Of a DNA stretch of 64,000 nucleotides, positions 27,003-39,777 are shown in pieces; position 1 is the stretch's first letter, and the number at the start of each line of letters is the position of its first letter. The DNA is from Octopus sinensis. Taxonomy: Eukaryota. The stretch spans positions 53,642,464 to 53,706,463 of the forward strand of contig NC_043011.1 of NCBI RefSeq assembly GCF_006345805.1, in the 5' to 3' direction. Position numbers and translations under genes: made by a program. The notes beneath the pieces were generated by a model. It saw only the letters and a list, made by a program, of their open reading frames with translations. It did not search any database and was not told where the DNA came from.

Positions 27003-29176
27003 GTCAAACTGAACCCTGGAAACTTATGATGGCATTAAAGTCTGGCATGCTTGCAGAAAGTACTTGGGCTTTGGATACGTTGTCTATTCTTTTATTTGAT
27101 GATTCAACAGTGGCTTACTTCACTTTATCACACTTACCAGGGCTACTTGAAGTTTTACTGGAACACTTCCGGCGCTGTCTTATCGACATATTTGGCCTGT
27201 TTAATGAACTTGAAGTTGGTTACAATACTGCTATGTTAAAACATAAAGAAAAGAAAGGAGCAAAGTCTAAAGAAACACATATGGATGTAGATGATTTCAA
27301 AAATTTGGAAAGTGATACTGTGTGGAAAGGTATGCGAACAGGAGAAAACTATACTTACATTACAAGGCAAGGGAAAATAGTGAAAATCAATGAGAATGAT
27401 CGAGATACTGCTCTATTACATGGGAAACATTGGGATGTGTACACAAACTTCACGAGCAAAGCAGAACATTGGCAGCTAGGTGGTGGTGATATGACCAAAC
27501 ATGTTCAAACTCACTTTGAAAGTCTATCTAATCATAAAGTGTTAAAGAAATTCTTCCTTTACCGTGGCATGAAAAAAAATTGTGAAGAAGATAGCATCAA
27601 CATTAGTTTGTCTGAATCAAATTGTATAATGCGAGAACCTGCTGAACATGCATCGGAAGAGGTGCGTCTATTATTAAAATCAACCTGCCAGAACAACAAA
27701 ACCGTCAATGGGGTGGTTGAGGACAATTTACCAAATTGCATCACAAAAGTCCACATTAAAAAAGAACCTGTTGAGGAGGCTGAGAAAAACAAAGCTGCTA
27801 CGAAGCCAACTTGCACCCCAGCTGATACTGAGGTATCCACTGCTGCTGCTGCTGCTGCTGCATCTGATCGCGTCAAAGAAGAGCCTCGGTCTAATGAGGA
27901 GAATTGTAAAAATCTAGATTCTGAACAGAAACAGAGTGAATCCACAAAAAATGGCACTGAAAAAAATTGTGTAAATAGTGAAAACCATTGTGAAAAGGAT
28001 GGTGTTGTAAAAAAAGATTTAGAGTCTCAAAAAGTGGAAACAAAAGTGGATAAAGATAAATTAGTAAAATCTGAAGATAAGAAAACTAATTCGCTTAAAA
28101 ATGAATCCATTTTGAGCCATATTGAAAATGGAATATCAATTGAATCCCTGTTAAGGAAAGCTGAGCTGTGTGAAGATCCTGAAGAAGAGGCCTTTGAGAG
28201 AGATAGCCCTGCAGTATGCCTTATGTCAGAAGCTCAAGATGAGATTGGGCGGCGGTGTGTATGCATTTCTAATATATTTCGCAGTTTGTCGTGTATCCAG
28301 GGAAATGACTCTGAAATGTCCAGACATCCCGGTCTGATGTATATTCTAGGAAAATTATTATTACTCCATCATCAACACCCCCCTCGGGTGAAGGTACGGA
28401 GAAAACTTGATAAAGAAGAAACAGAGTTTGAAGATGTTTCCATGTCTGAACACGAATGGTGGTGGGATCATTTGCATGCATTACGTGAGAACACATTGGT
28501 TATTTTTGCTAACATATGTGGGCAGCTTGATCTCTCAATATACCCTGAGGACATCTGTTTGCCTATATTGAATGGGCTGCTTCACTGGGCTGTTTGCCCC
28601 TCCTCCTGCGCCCAGGATCCCTTGCCAAGCATGTCACCATCCTCCGTCCTTTCGCCTCAGCGATTAGTACTTGAAGCATTATGTAAATTGTGCATACATG
28701 AAGCTAATGTGGACTTGTTGCTTGCAACACCACCCTTTAATCGGATAGTACAGCTTGTTAATAACTTGACTAAAATGCTTGCTAATAAAAAGGAGCAAGT
28801 AACTCAGGAGTTTGCAGTTGTGTTACTATCAGAGCTTGTGCAGGGAGACAGCAGTGCTGCCCGTGCCATAGCTATGCAGCATCCGAGTGTATCGTTGCTG
28901 ATAGACTTTTTAGAGACAGCCGAACACAATGCTGTGCAGGTAGTAAGCACTCATGGTATCAATGTGTTAAGGGACAGTCCAGAAATGATGGGAACTAGTC
29001 TAGATATGTTACGACGGACTGCAAATATACTGGTACATTTAGCTCGGGTGCCAGAGAACAGACCATGTTTTGTACACCAACAGAGCAGACTTTTGACTTT
29101 AGTTATGTCTCAAATACTTGACCAGCATGTGGCACAGACTCTAGCTGATGTACTTTACGAGTGTTCACACTCATAG
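27003..29176 (+). CDS. ARID1: ARID1 ortholog, terminal coding exon with BAF250_C (DUF3518) domain
   Basis: Acceptor ttttgatttcag|GT. Contains WKLMMALKSGMLAESTWALDTLSILLFDD, EWWWDHLHALRENTLV, GLLHWAVCPS, SPQRLVLEALCKL and DLLLATPPF, diagnostic ARID1A/B C-terminal motifs, plus LxxLL motifs. Stop TAG at 29174-29176 is followed by a second TAG. The ORF-track start at 26969 is intronic. Confidence 0.97.
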
Positions 29177-29478
29177 TAGGGATTATGTCACTGACATTAT
29201 TTTGATGAAGCCATTACTTTCATTTCCATCGTATCTGTACATTTTGTCATATCAACTTCATGGAATCAAGCTGTGAAGAGAAAAGTCTTCCTCTGTTTTA
29301 TGGAGGAAAATAAAAAACACTGGCTAGAAGTAATTAAAACAGAAAGTGGAAGGAAAGGAAGACGAAAATTGTTTTAATAATGGGAGGATGTAGTTACAAC
29401 TCATCTTTCTCTCTCATCATCATCATTTCATCAAAGGTGTAGTCATGTATAGCTTTTTATGTGGAGAAAAAAATACTT

Positions 29479-29514
<36 letters not shown>

Positions 29515-31194
29515 CTCTGTTTCTTTTACTCTCTCTCTCTCTCTCTCTATCTCTCTTCCCCTCTCTCTTTCTCTCCTCTCTAAATCTATCTCATCAGTTA
29601 AAAAGAAATTGAAAAAGAAAACTAACAAACAAAAGCATGATACAGGTTGCAACAGCCTTGTGCTCCATTGGAAGGGGAATATGGGAATATGTCAAATTAG
29701 GTGATTTTTATTTTTGTACATCTTCAGGTGTGCAACTTTCTTTGTTGTGGAGGGCTTTACAAATGAATTGCATTAAAAGAAGATTTTAAAAAAAAACACA
29801 GAAACAGGTTATAAATCATTTGGCTTTACCTACAGTTCAGGTAGGTTGAACTTAATTACAGGTGCTCCTGCCAAAAGCATAAACAGAAAGGTTCTGGTCA
29901 GTTACCTTTTTCAATTTATCAAAAATTTACATTTGGGAAAAAGCAAAGCCAGCAAGAAATCAATAACTAGTGCAGTGTTTTGCCAAGAACACTGATCACT
30001 AGAGATGTGATTCCGTTTCACCTCCTGATGTCCAGTGAAAAGCACAGTATTTATATGTAACAAGTTAAAAAAGGAAAAGGTTATCAAAGGTTGGAACGTG
30101 TGTAGTTTCCTTTTTGTAGTAATTCTCATGAGTCAACTTTGATATTCCCATTGTGCAAAGGCTTTATACTCGTATGTCACAAGAAATAAATGTACAGAAA
30201 AGGAAATTTCTAGAGTCCATCTCAGTTTTGCTGTTACTTTTTCTTAATGTTATTCAACATTATTTAAAATCTTTGACAGAAGTCTAGAAATATACGGGTT
30301 TAAAAGTCGCTACATATTCACTATTTTATTAAAAAAAAAAAAGTCCTTTATACTGAATTTTCTCCTTATTTCTCTCTCCTCCTCCTGCTCCTCCTTCCTC
30401 TCCCCCCTCCCATTACAACATCTCAGCATGACCAGTGCTGTGACAGCTGATGAAGGATCATTTGGAATTTTGTAATGTTCGGTAGTAAAAGGCTGAACCG
30501 TTTTTACTTAAAAATCTTACCAACCATTGCCAGCAACTTAGTTTACGATGAATATGTTCTCCTCGGTGTAACCTGATAAGTCTTACATATTGATTTTTTT
30601 TTTTTTCTCTCCCCTCTTCAACTTGGGACCCGGGGAAGATGGAGAAAGATCTGATGGCATTCAAAGAAATATTGGCTCATTAGGTATATATATATGTCTC
30701 TAAAAATAAAGTTCTGACTGCTAAGTTGACCAAGAACTATTAGAATTTATCACGTATGTCTGACAAATATTTCCATTTTATGTGATGTGTGAGTATTTAT
30801 TTTTTTAATTTCTCGTCTTTTCTTCCACATTTTTTCCTTTACCTTGCCGCTCTTCATTCCGTTGTATATAATTTATCATCACCTTGCTGTTTGGATTCCA
30901 TTTGTCTGAAGATCACTAAAGGGCTAAAGAAGTGTGGCTCTGACACCAGCAGTAATAAATAGTGAGCTGTGTTATCCATTGTCGTAAACTTCGTCTGTGA
31001 CGCTCAAATGATCTCCTCTGACGTTTTAGGCACAAAAAACAGAAGAAAAACAACCTGAAACAACATCTGAGAATTATGTGATATTGAATTTTTAGTAATC
31101 AGACATAATGAATACAAGTTGTCAGTTGTATACTACCTTCTAGAAATTATCTTTTCAAACTCTCCAAAACTGTTTCTTGCACTACATCACATAC

Positions 31195-31225
<31 letters not shown>

Positions 31226-33200
31226 ACACACACACTTACATTGAATGCAGAAAGCTGACTGTTGATACAATGTTAACAGGCAAAAATCCATTTTCCTCAA
31301 TAAACAGTTCGTTATGAAGAAAAGAAAAGAAAACTATCATCCAAATCTTAGTTGATTTTGTTTTTTATTTTTTGTTTTTTGTTTTTGTTGGAAACCTTTT
31401 AGTTGATGTTCCCTCCTCGCTCATTAGCCATTTAACAGTTCAGTTGCAATTGGTTTGGTTTTTTTTTTTTTTTTCTCTGGGTTTTTTTTTTTTTTTTTCC
31501 ATCATCCTTAAATTTCTATGCTGTCTAACGGGTTCATTGCACAGAAGATCTCTGAAACTTTCTGAAAAATGGTCTTCATATCGTGTATATTTAATATCAG
31601 TACAACACCAGACATCTGCTCGGCTCGTCCAGCCCAACAGATAAAAAGTTGCTGCCGTATTTTCTTGTACTACACTTATTTTTCTTTCCAGTGCTTTTGT
31701 TTTCCTACAACTGAAACCAGGGACAAAGCTATATAGTTGGTCTTGTTGGTGTAAACTGTACTAAGAAACAACTGTCTGACTGTAGGCAGCAGTCACTATC
31801 GCCTTGTTATATAATAATAATAAACCAATCTAGGTACACCTGACTTTCTGGCCTTTGTCCTTTTCTTTCCTTCTCATTCCACTTTCCGTGTTCATTAAAA
31901 AAGAAAAGAGAGAAAAGAAAACAAAGAAAAAACAAAACGACAAACACTACATTTGATTGTCCTATTTGGTACCTGATTTATGTTTAGCATCGATATATCA
32001 TTTATATTTTAAATTACTCAGTTTTTTTCTAATGCGTTTGTGATCGGGTGAACCCTAATATCTCCAGGAGTGTCCTCCAGCCTATCTTTCCTTTTTAATA
32101 TTCGAGCTAACCACTACAGAGTTAATGAAGTATTTCTAAATAATTTATAGTGTGCATGGTTTGTTATGCATTTACAGTTAGGTGGACTAGGCCAGCTTGT
32201 GTTGCATTGGTGTAGCAGCACATTGCTAGTAATGAAATGCATGTTTGGTTTGGTGGATTCATGTTTGTGCTGTATGACTGCTCTTGTTCTCTCCTGCCAG
32301 TGTTAGTTTTGTTGACCGTTCCAGTTACGTTGGTTCTTTGTCAACTTCAGCACCTCCTTCCTGTGTCTTTGTATAATGCTGTTATCATATGTGTGTGTGT
32401 TGTTCCAGGATTTTTAGCATGAGACAACAATGATATTTTAAAAATTGAGACATCTTGTAGGAAGAGACCAATATAAGTATTAGACGATAGTTAGTCCTCT
32501 TCTGGGCAATGGTTAGCCAGGCTATTCAAACTATTTCCAACTTTGAATAAGGTTGTTTGCTGAGAAGCTAAAAGTTATGTTTTTGTGTTTTCTACTTTAT
32601 TTCCTTCTAGCATTGTTCTCGGTACATGTTGTTGTTGTTGGTGGTGGTGGTGTGGTGATGTGTGTGTGTGAGTGTAATTCTGTTATTTATATCATCAACT
32701 ATGTCGCTGTTAATCAATTTAAAATGGACCAAAACAGAAATCAATTCCCAGACATAACTCTTTCTCAGCATATTTTTAGTAATCTTGCAGATGTGTTGTC
32801 ATCAGTGTCGTGTCTGTTTATCAGCAAAAATGCCAGCTGACATCTCTGTTCTTGACAAATTCTGATACTTGCAGGAAAAAGCTAAAGAGAAAAGAGTTGA
32901 TTGTTTCCATTCTTAGAACTCTTTTATTTTTCTCCTTCCTCCATAGCCTCTTCATCAATTGTCTTTGTCACTGTACCCTATCTCAAACAGGAGTGGAAAT
33001 CAAAATATTAGTGATTTTATTTATTTTTTTTGTTGTAATTTTTTTTTCCTCTTTTTTTCATGTGCTGAATCCAACAACTGTTTGGGTTTGGCATTTAGTA
33101 TATAGTGCCCTGTCTCACAAAGAACATACCACTCAACCATAATCTGGCAAGCAAAATTTAAAACTGTGACAATCAGTCTCTCTAATGTTCTTTGATTATA
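29177..33200 (+). other. Probable long ARID1 3' UTR (end undefined)
   Basis: About 4 kb free of interspersed repeats after the stop, with U-rich and A-rich tracts. AATAAA at 30185, 30705, 30954, 31299 and 31819. The first retroposon appears near 33225. Confidence 0.5.
29481..29580. repeat. (CT)n-rich tract in the 3' UTR
   Basis: Directly visible. Confidence 0.95.
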
Positions 33201-33224
33201 TCATCATTTCATCATTTTAACAAC

Positions 33225-33560
33225 CACTGACAGATTTCTGCGGCTGGATGCTCTTTCTGTTGCTAAGGTTCAGTTTCCTTAAGAGGTGACTTTTCTCCAT
33301 GAGCAGACATAAATGGTTTTGTAGAAAATTGGAAACAAAAGATGCCACTTGCATGACAGTGGATACTCACAAATGTGATATCAAGGCAGGGAGACAATAA
33401 CACATACATGCACATATATAATAGGCTTCTTTCAGTTTCCATCTGCCAGATCCACTCTCAATCTTTGGCTGGCCAGGGCTAGAAAAGGTGTCATGAAGTG
33501 GGAACTGAACCAGAAACCATGTGGTTGGTAAGCAAAATTCCACCACACCTGTGCCTATAC
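33225..33560 (-). mobile_element. Chimeric SINE with A head and C-like tail
   Basis: Same architecture as 9790-10140, on the reverse strand. Confidence 0.65.
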
Positions 33561-33762
33561 AGCTTTAAGAAATGTCCATTAATGCCAGTAATTCAATAAC
33601 AAACACATCCACTGTCCTTCAGTTGGTAAGTTTAGATATTACTTCCCCCTTTTTTTTTGTTTTTGTTTTTTACTGGCAGTCACAATGGTAATGATTTTCT
33701 CTGAGAATCCAAACCACCATTTACACTCAACAACCGTTGATATAATAATGTTGGTGTATAAT

Positions 33763-34215
33763 TTAACCCTTTTGCATTTAAACTGGCCATGTCTGTCCTA
33801 AATATTCTACTGTTTTCTGGTCAAACCAGCTGGATGTGGCCCCTTGCACCTAACCTACAATGTTGTTCTAAAGACATAATCACATAATCATAACCTTGAA
33901 GCAATAAGATAATATACATGATTAAATTAAGACAAAGTTAATCATTAAGCATTACATTTGACGAAGTAATCTGAATGCTAAAAGGTTTAACCCTTTTAGT
34001 GTTTAAACTGGCCATATTTGGCCGAAGTTTTCTACCTATTTTAAGTTTAAACTGACTAGATCAGGGCTCTCACACCTAACCTACATTGACATTCTAAAAA
34101 TGAACAATCACGTCATTGAAAGCTCAAAGCTATAAGATAATGCATGATTAATTAAAAGCAATTTGAGTAAAAAAATATTACATTTAACAGAGTAATCTGA
34201 ACACCAAAGGATTAA
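33763..34215 (+). mobile_element. Two head-to-tail MITE family 1 copies sharing one TTAA (33987-33990)
   Basis: TTAAcccttttgcatt...aatgctaaaaggtTTAAcccttttag...caaaggaTTAA. Confidence 0.8.
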
Positions 34216-35369
34216 TAACTGGATTGTGTATTGAATTGTACAATATCTGATAGATAGGGAGGTTGTAATCTTTCAATGCATGCCCTACAGAATTGGTATC
34301 CATTAAGTAAACCCTACACTAAGTCCCTGATTGTAAAGATTATCTGCAATGACTACTACCAGTCAGTGCTTCTTATTATCTTCATAGCCAAATGTCAGAA
34401 GTTGAATGATACCCTACATTAGTTTAATATTTTATGTGCCATAGCTTCATCTATATATATAATGTTACCAAATGAAAGAGAGAGGAGATTGTATGTAAAC
34501 ACTTTCTTTCTTCCTTAGAGGAGGAAGGGGCAGTACCAGTGACCTTTTTGAACGGTCTCTGTAACTTGTGAGAGAGAGAGAGAGATAGCGAGAGGGAGAA
34601 AAATCTTTATAGTCTCAGACTACTGGTTCTGGTTCAAATTCTTGTGCCAGAATAGACTCTATTAAAAGTAGTCAAGGATCAGGTAGGTGACGGTGTTTAA
34701 CCAGGTAATTCATGATTGGGTACCTCATTATTACATTAAATGCAAATGTACCAACAGCTTAACTTTATATAGTGTGTCCAAAAGGCAAACAAATACTTTT
34801 GGTGCTAGATATTCATTGTGCAATTTAGATATTTTTCTTCTTCACTCTTCTCATTTTTCTTTATTGTCATCATCAAAATCTCCCATTTTAATCTTTGTTT
34901 TACCATGATGGCAGGGATGAATTTGGTTTGTAATGCATCATTTTCCCAGTGTATTCTATTTGTATTGTTTAGTACTCAGTTGTCTCCAAAATTTTCCATG
35001 GCACCTTTTGTATCATCTAAGCTTCATCACTCTTCCCATCCAGCATATCAGCAAATTACACACACACACGTGTATGTGTGTTACATATCCATTCTTTTTC
35101 CTCTATCTTTCCTTTCATTTGACTGCATTTTTAATTCTCAATGTATGATTCTGTTCTCTCTACATGCACTGTGATTTAAAACATTTTCTGGAGGCTCAAC
35201 TACCATATTGTATCCCGATATGAATCAACCAGTTATACTTTAGTCAGTTTTGGCTCCATTGACTGAGTATATATATTCTCTTACAAATCATTGTTTAAAA
35301 AAAGGAGATGAGTGGGGGCAATATGCCAATTCTCCTTCACTTTTTGATGTAGCCATACATCTTGGAGTA

Positions 35370-35640
35370 GTCATCGTCGTCATTTAACATCCTTTTTTCC
35401 ATTCTGGCATGGGTTGGATGGTTTGAGAGACAGACAAGCTGGGAGGGGAGTGGAAGGTAGGGCTCCACTATTCCATCTCTTTGACATGATTTCTACAGGT
35501 GGATGCACTTCCTAATGCCAACCACTTCACACTGTACTAACTAGATGCTTTTTACATGACATTGCCAAGTATCCGCAAGATAAGACTCCTCAACTGTGCA
35601 GGGTATAGACTAGAGGAATAGGAAACTATGATAGCGGGCA
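35370..35640 (-). mobile_element. Family C retroposon
   Basis: catcgtcgtcatttaacatcc...ggatgcacttcctaatgccaaccac. Confidence 0.7.
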
Positions 35641-35970
35641 GAGAGCATGTTTCTTGCTGAAGAAGTGAATACATGGCTTCCCCACCTGGAGAATGAAAAA
35701 GAGATGTGAGTTGATTTTGCTAAATGTGAAAGACAGACAGTTGCTTCAAATAAAGCTGTTAATGTTGATTTCTGAATATTGAGAAAGAGTATAGTTAATT
35801 ATGACAACCCTTGTATTTTATTGGTGCTTTATTGGAAGAAATAAAGGCCAAGTTGTGACCCAAGAAGTATTTGAACTCCAATTGTAAATAATAAATACTG
35901 GGAAGTATTTTGTCTGATGTTTTAATGGTTTTTATTTTTTTTTTTTTTGATTGCAAGCCATGTAATTGCG

Positions 35971-36222
35971 TTAACTAAAATATCAATTGTTTAACATTAG
36001 GTTAATGAATAATTTAATATTAACTAAAATATTGATTGCTTAACACTTGATAAATAATCACAATTTGATATTAACTACAATATTGATTGTTTAACATTAG
36101 ATGCATAAATCAACATTTAATGATATTAACTAAAATATTGATTGTTTATCACCACCAGATGAATAAGTCACAATTTGATGTTAACTAAAATATTGATTGT
36201 TTAGCGTTAGATTAATAAGTCC
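35971..36222. repeat. AT-rich minisatellite, five units of about 49-55 bp
   Basis: Unit core ttaactaaaatattgattgtttaaca starting at 35971, 36020, 36071, 36126 and 36181. Confidence 0.85.
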
Positions 36223-36921
36223 CCTTGTGGTTGTTTGTTCTGTCTCAGAATGACTCTAAACCATTAGGGGTCTATCTATAATTTAGGACAACCATGTTAA
36301 CTATGGTTGCTATTGACTTGCTGTGAGGGTATTCCCAGAATGGGCTGTGTGAGTGTTCTTGAGCAAGACATTTTATTTCATGTTGCTCCAGTTTGTTCAG
36401 CTGTAGAAATGAGTTGCAACATGACTGGTGCCAAACTGTACAGCTCTTTACCTTTCTCTTGGACATCAGTGGCATGGAAAGAGGGAGGCTGGTATGCATG
36501 GTCGACTGCTGGTCTTCCATAAACAACATTTCCTGGACTTGTGCCTGGGAGGGGAACTTTCTAGGTACAATCCCATGGTCATTCATGACCAAAAGGGATC
36601 TTTACATCTTACTCTATAGTGTCCTACTGATTGCTCAAATCAAGGCCCTCAACACTACATTGTGCCTTAACTACTACTGGCACATTGCACCTCACTAGAA
36701 ATGTATATCATAGGACATACAGCTTTAAAGATTAGATGGGGATTTCTCTTATCTTGCTTCCGATGCTCAGCATAAATCTTCTTGTAGGCTCAGAGAAGAT
36801 TGTAGAGGGAACTTCTGATCACGGGAATTGACTATGGGTCACCATTTGTAATACTTGAACTTTTCTTATTGGGGAGTTTATACTGAACCTTTAGCAGTTG
36901 TAGACATGTTTTTGTTTATCG

Positions 36922-37232
36922 GCATGGCTGTGTGGTGAAGTGACTCCCTTGGCAATCACATGGTTTTTGGTTCAGTCCCCAGTGTGTGGCACTTTGGGCG
37001 GGTGTCTTCTACTTTGACCCCAGGTTGTCTAATTCTTTGAGTGAATTTGATTTTATATATATATATATGTGTATATACATACACACATGTATACTTGTAT
37101 TTGTCTCGCCACCACTTTATAATTACCCTTGGTTTATTTATGTCCCTGTAACTTCAACAAAGAGACTGATAAAATAAGTACTGGGTTCATATATTTGATT
37201 ATGCCTTTCAAGGCAATGCCCCAGCATGACCA
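36922..37232 (+). mobile_element. SINE family A, degraded
   Basis: ggcatggctgtgtgg head through ccccagcatgacc. Confidence 0.7.
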
Positions 37233-37574
37233 GATATAATTTGCCAGGATTTGATTGCAATCCATGTTATTTCCTGTCCTCTAAAATCAGTGAGATTAGG
37301 GTTCACAATTTAAACTGATGCAGGATAGTTGGTGTTGGCTGTTTTGTGTGTGGTTATATTTGATAGGGGATGTAGTTTGCTTGGCAGAAAGTATTGGACA
37401 AAGTCTAGAATGAGTGACTTGAAGAGAAATGGAGAATGGATTTAGCTGTGTATGTGTGGTGGTGTTCACTTAATTAAAACCTGAATTACAATAGGAAATA
37501 TTTTAACTGACTTTGTACTAAAGCTGTTGCAGTTCCATTTTCTCTCGCTTTGTATCCCGTATTGATTTTAAATT

Positions 37575-37765
37575 TTGGCACAAGACTAGCTATTTTGTGG
37601 ACGGAGACTAGTCGATTATATAGACTCCAGTGCTCAGCTGGTACTTATTTTATCAGCACTGAATGGATGAAAGGCAAAGTAGATTTCAGCAGTATTTGAA
37701 CTCAAGAACATATAGATAGATGAAATACTGCTAAGCATTTTTCCTGGTATGCTAACTATTCTGCT
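37575..37765 (-). mobile_element. SINE family B; another fragment at ~38100-38230
   Basis: Reverse-complement core ggtacttattttatc...ggatgaaaggcaaagt. Confidence 0.7.
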
Positions 37766-38751
37766 GCCTCAAATATTGATGCCAAAGTAATGACCAAATT
37801 ATTTTGAACATTTAGTAAATAAGTTGGTGTACAGCAGTGATTTCATTCATGTGTCAGGTTTTCTTTTATGCTCTTCAAGTCATTGGAATTCATCACGAAA
37901 CGCTTCTGTTATTTCAACTCTGAAACAAGGCTCCAAGAGTGAGCATGAGCTCAGTATATTTTGTAGTACTTTTTAGTGAGCCTTAGACATAAATATCTAA
38001 TTCTGACAGTTGAAATTCAACTGTGCTTACCATGAACCATTTATGCCATCTAATTCTGTTGTCTGCAGCATTAATACTATGCAAATAACTGTTGCCGATC
38101 TGTCACATTGGTTAATACAAAGCCTGAAAGTTTTGGGGGAGTATAAAGTCAATTAAGTTGACCCCTCTTCTGGATTGGTACTTGCTTTATTGATCTCAAA
38201 ACAATGAAATTCTCATTCATCCCTGGAACAATTTGAATGGCATTTAAACAGGCCCTATCCATCCCAAGTATTCAACCTGTTTTATATTCCTACTTGTCAC
38301 ATCTGACCTTTTACACCTTCCCTACAATGTCATTCTATGAAAATAAACTACCATATCATCGAGATCTTGAAGCTTTGATATAATGCATGTTTAATTAAAA
38401 ACAATGTGAATAAATGAATATTACAGTTGACTGATTAATCTGAATGCTAAAGAATTAAAGAATGTAACTGATTGCAATAGCATTGTCTGATTTTCGTCAT
38501 GCACCACTTTCTGTTATAAAGACTATATCTAAATGTAATTGCTCAGCTTTCAACCATTTGCAGCATAGAACGAAGTCATCAATGCCCCAATTAACAAATC
38601 ATATTCATTCAGTTTGTCTCAGGTTCATGTAAACCACAAACCAGATGGTTATTCTTCAGATCCTGATAATGATGTTTGTGTGTGTATGCTGCTTCAATCA
38701 AATCGTTTCTAACAACACAAATATAATGTCAGTAACTATAATTATGAAGAG

Positions 38752-38998
38752 TGGAGGTGCGTGGCTTAGTGGTTAGGATGTTGTACTCATGATCGTAAGG
38801 TTGTGGTTTCGATTCCTGGACCGGGCAATGCATTGTTTTCTTGAGCAAAACACTTCATCTCACGTTGCTCCAGTCCATTCAGCAAAAATAAGTAATCCTG
38901 CAACGGACCGGCGTCCCGTTCAGGTGGGGAATTTCTACGCCACTGAAACCGGGAAACCGGCCCTTATGAGCCTGGCATGGCTCGAGAAGGAACATAAT
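38752..38998 (+). mobile_element. tRNA-derived SINE family D with V-domain-like body
   Basis: A box tggcttagtgg and B box ggtttcgattcc; cttgagcaaaacactt and acggaccggcgtcccgttcagg resemble V-SINE motifs. The family assignment is inference. Confidence 0.7.
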
Positions 38999-39321
38999 TA
39001 TGAAGTCTGCGCTCTATACAATCATTAGTTTTTGTTTTGTGTGTGGCCTTTTGTATTGCAGGGGTTATCAGGTATGTTGCTTATACCCTTTCATTGCAAT
39101 GTTAGCCCTATATGACATTAGTACATATATTTATCTACAATATACATGTGGTTGTGTACATGTATGTATAAATATATATATGTATAATTCATTTTCCCTG
39201 TATATAGGACACATCGAATTGCTCAGTATATTTGAGCCATAAGAGAATAGGAAAAATAATGACGAGAGACAAGAGATAGTAATTTTACGACAGAATATAT
39301 TTTAGTAACCTATGTGCACAG

Positions 39322-39756
39322 AATCATGCACTAAAGATATAGATATATGAATATAAAAACATATCAAAAATACATTAAATATATATATAAGTATATATAT
39401 TAAGAACATATAATTTATAGTCCTCCTTACAATAAACATGGTATTAAAATTATATACCCAGAATGGGTGGAGTGCAGAGAATATTGTAAATCCATAGAAA
39501 TGTTTATAGTTCGTTAAAGTCCAATGATCGCTATCTCCGCAGAAATGGTTGTCGGATTTTAAACTATAAACATTTGTATGGATTTACAGTATTCTCTGCA
39601 CTCCACCCATTCTGGGTATATAATTTTAATACCATTTTTATTGTAAGTAGGACTATAAATTATATTTTCTTAATATATTCTTTATATACTTATATTTTTA
39701 ATGCATTTCTGATATATTTTTAAGTATGTTTATATATCTATTTTTAGTACATGATT
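39322..39756. repeat. Long inverted repeat (foldback element), ~200-bp arms and ~30-nt spacer
   Basis: Perfect 44-bp core at 39440-39483 versus 39590-39633; the arms stay complementary out to aatcatg at 39322 and catgatt ending at 39756. Confidence 0.9.
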
Positions 39757-39777
39757 ATGTATGTGTGTATATATGTA

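Noticed and set aside
27559-27957. 132-aa antisense ORF
   Set aside because: It is the shadow of the ARID1 low-complexity coding region, with no independent support.
29177-33200. Single miRNA seed matches (miR-7 GTCTTCC ~29285, miR-8/200 CAGTATT ~30044, miR-1 CATTCCA ~31875, miR-219 GACAATCA ~33167)
   Set aside because: Isolated 7-8-mers in 4 kb are expected by chance; conservation data would be needed.
35971-36222. CRISPR-like repeat-spacer appearance
   Set aside because: The linkers are mutually homologous, the context is eukaryotic and there are no cas genes; it is a minisatellite.
38752-38830. tRNA gene (also the other SINE heads)
   Set aside because: A and B boxes are present but there is no complete cloverleaf, and the sequence continues into a SINE body.
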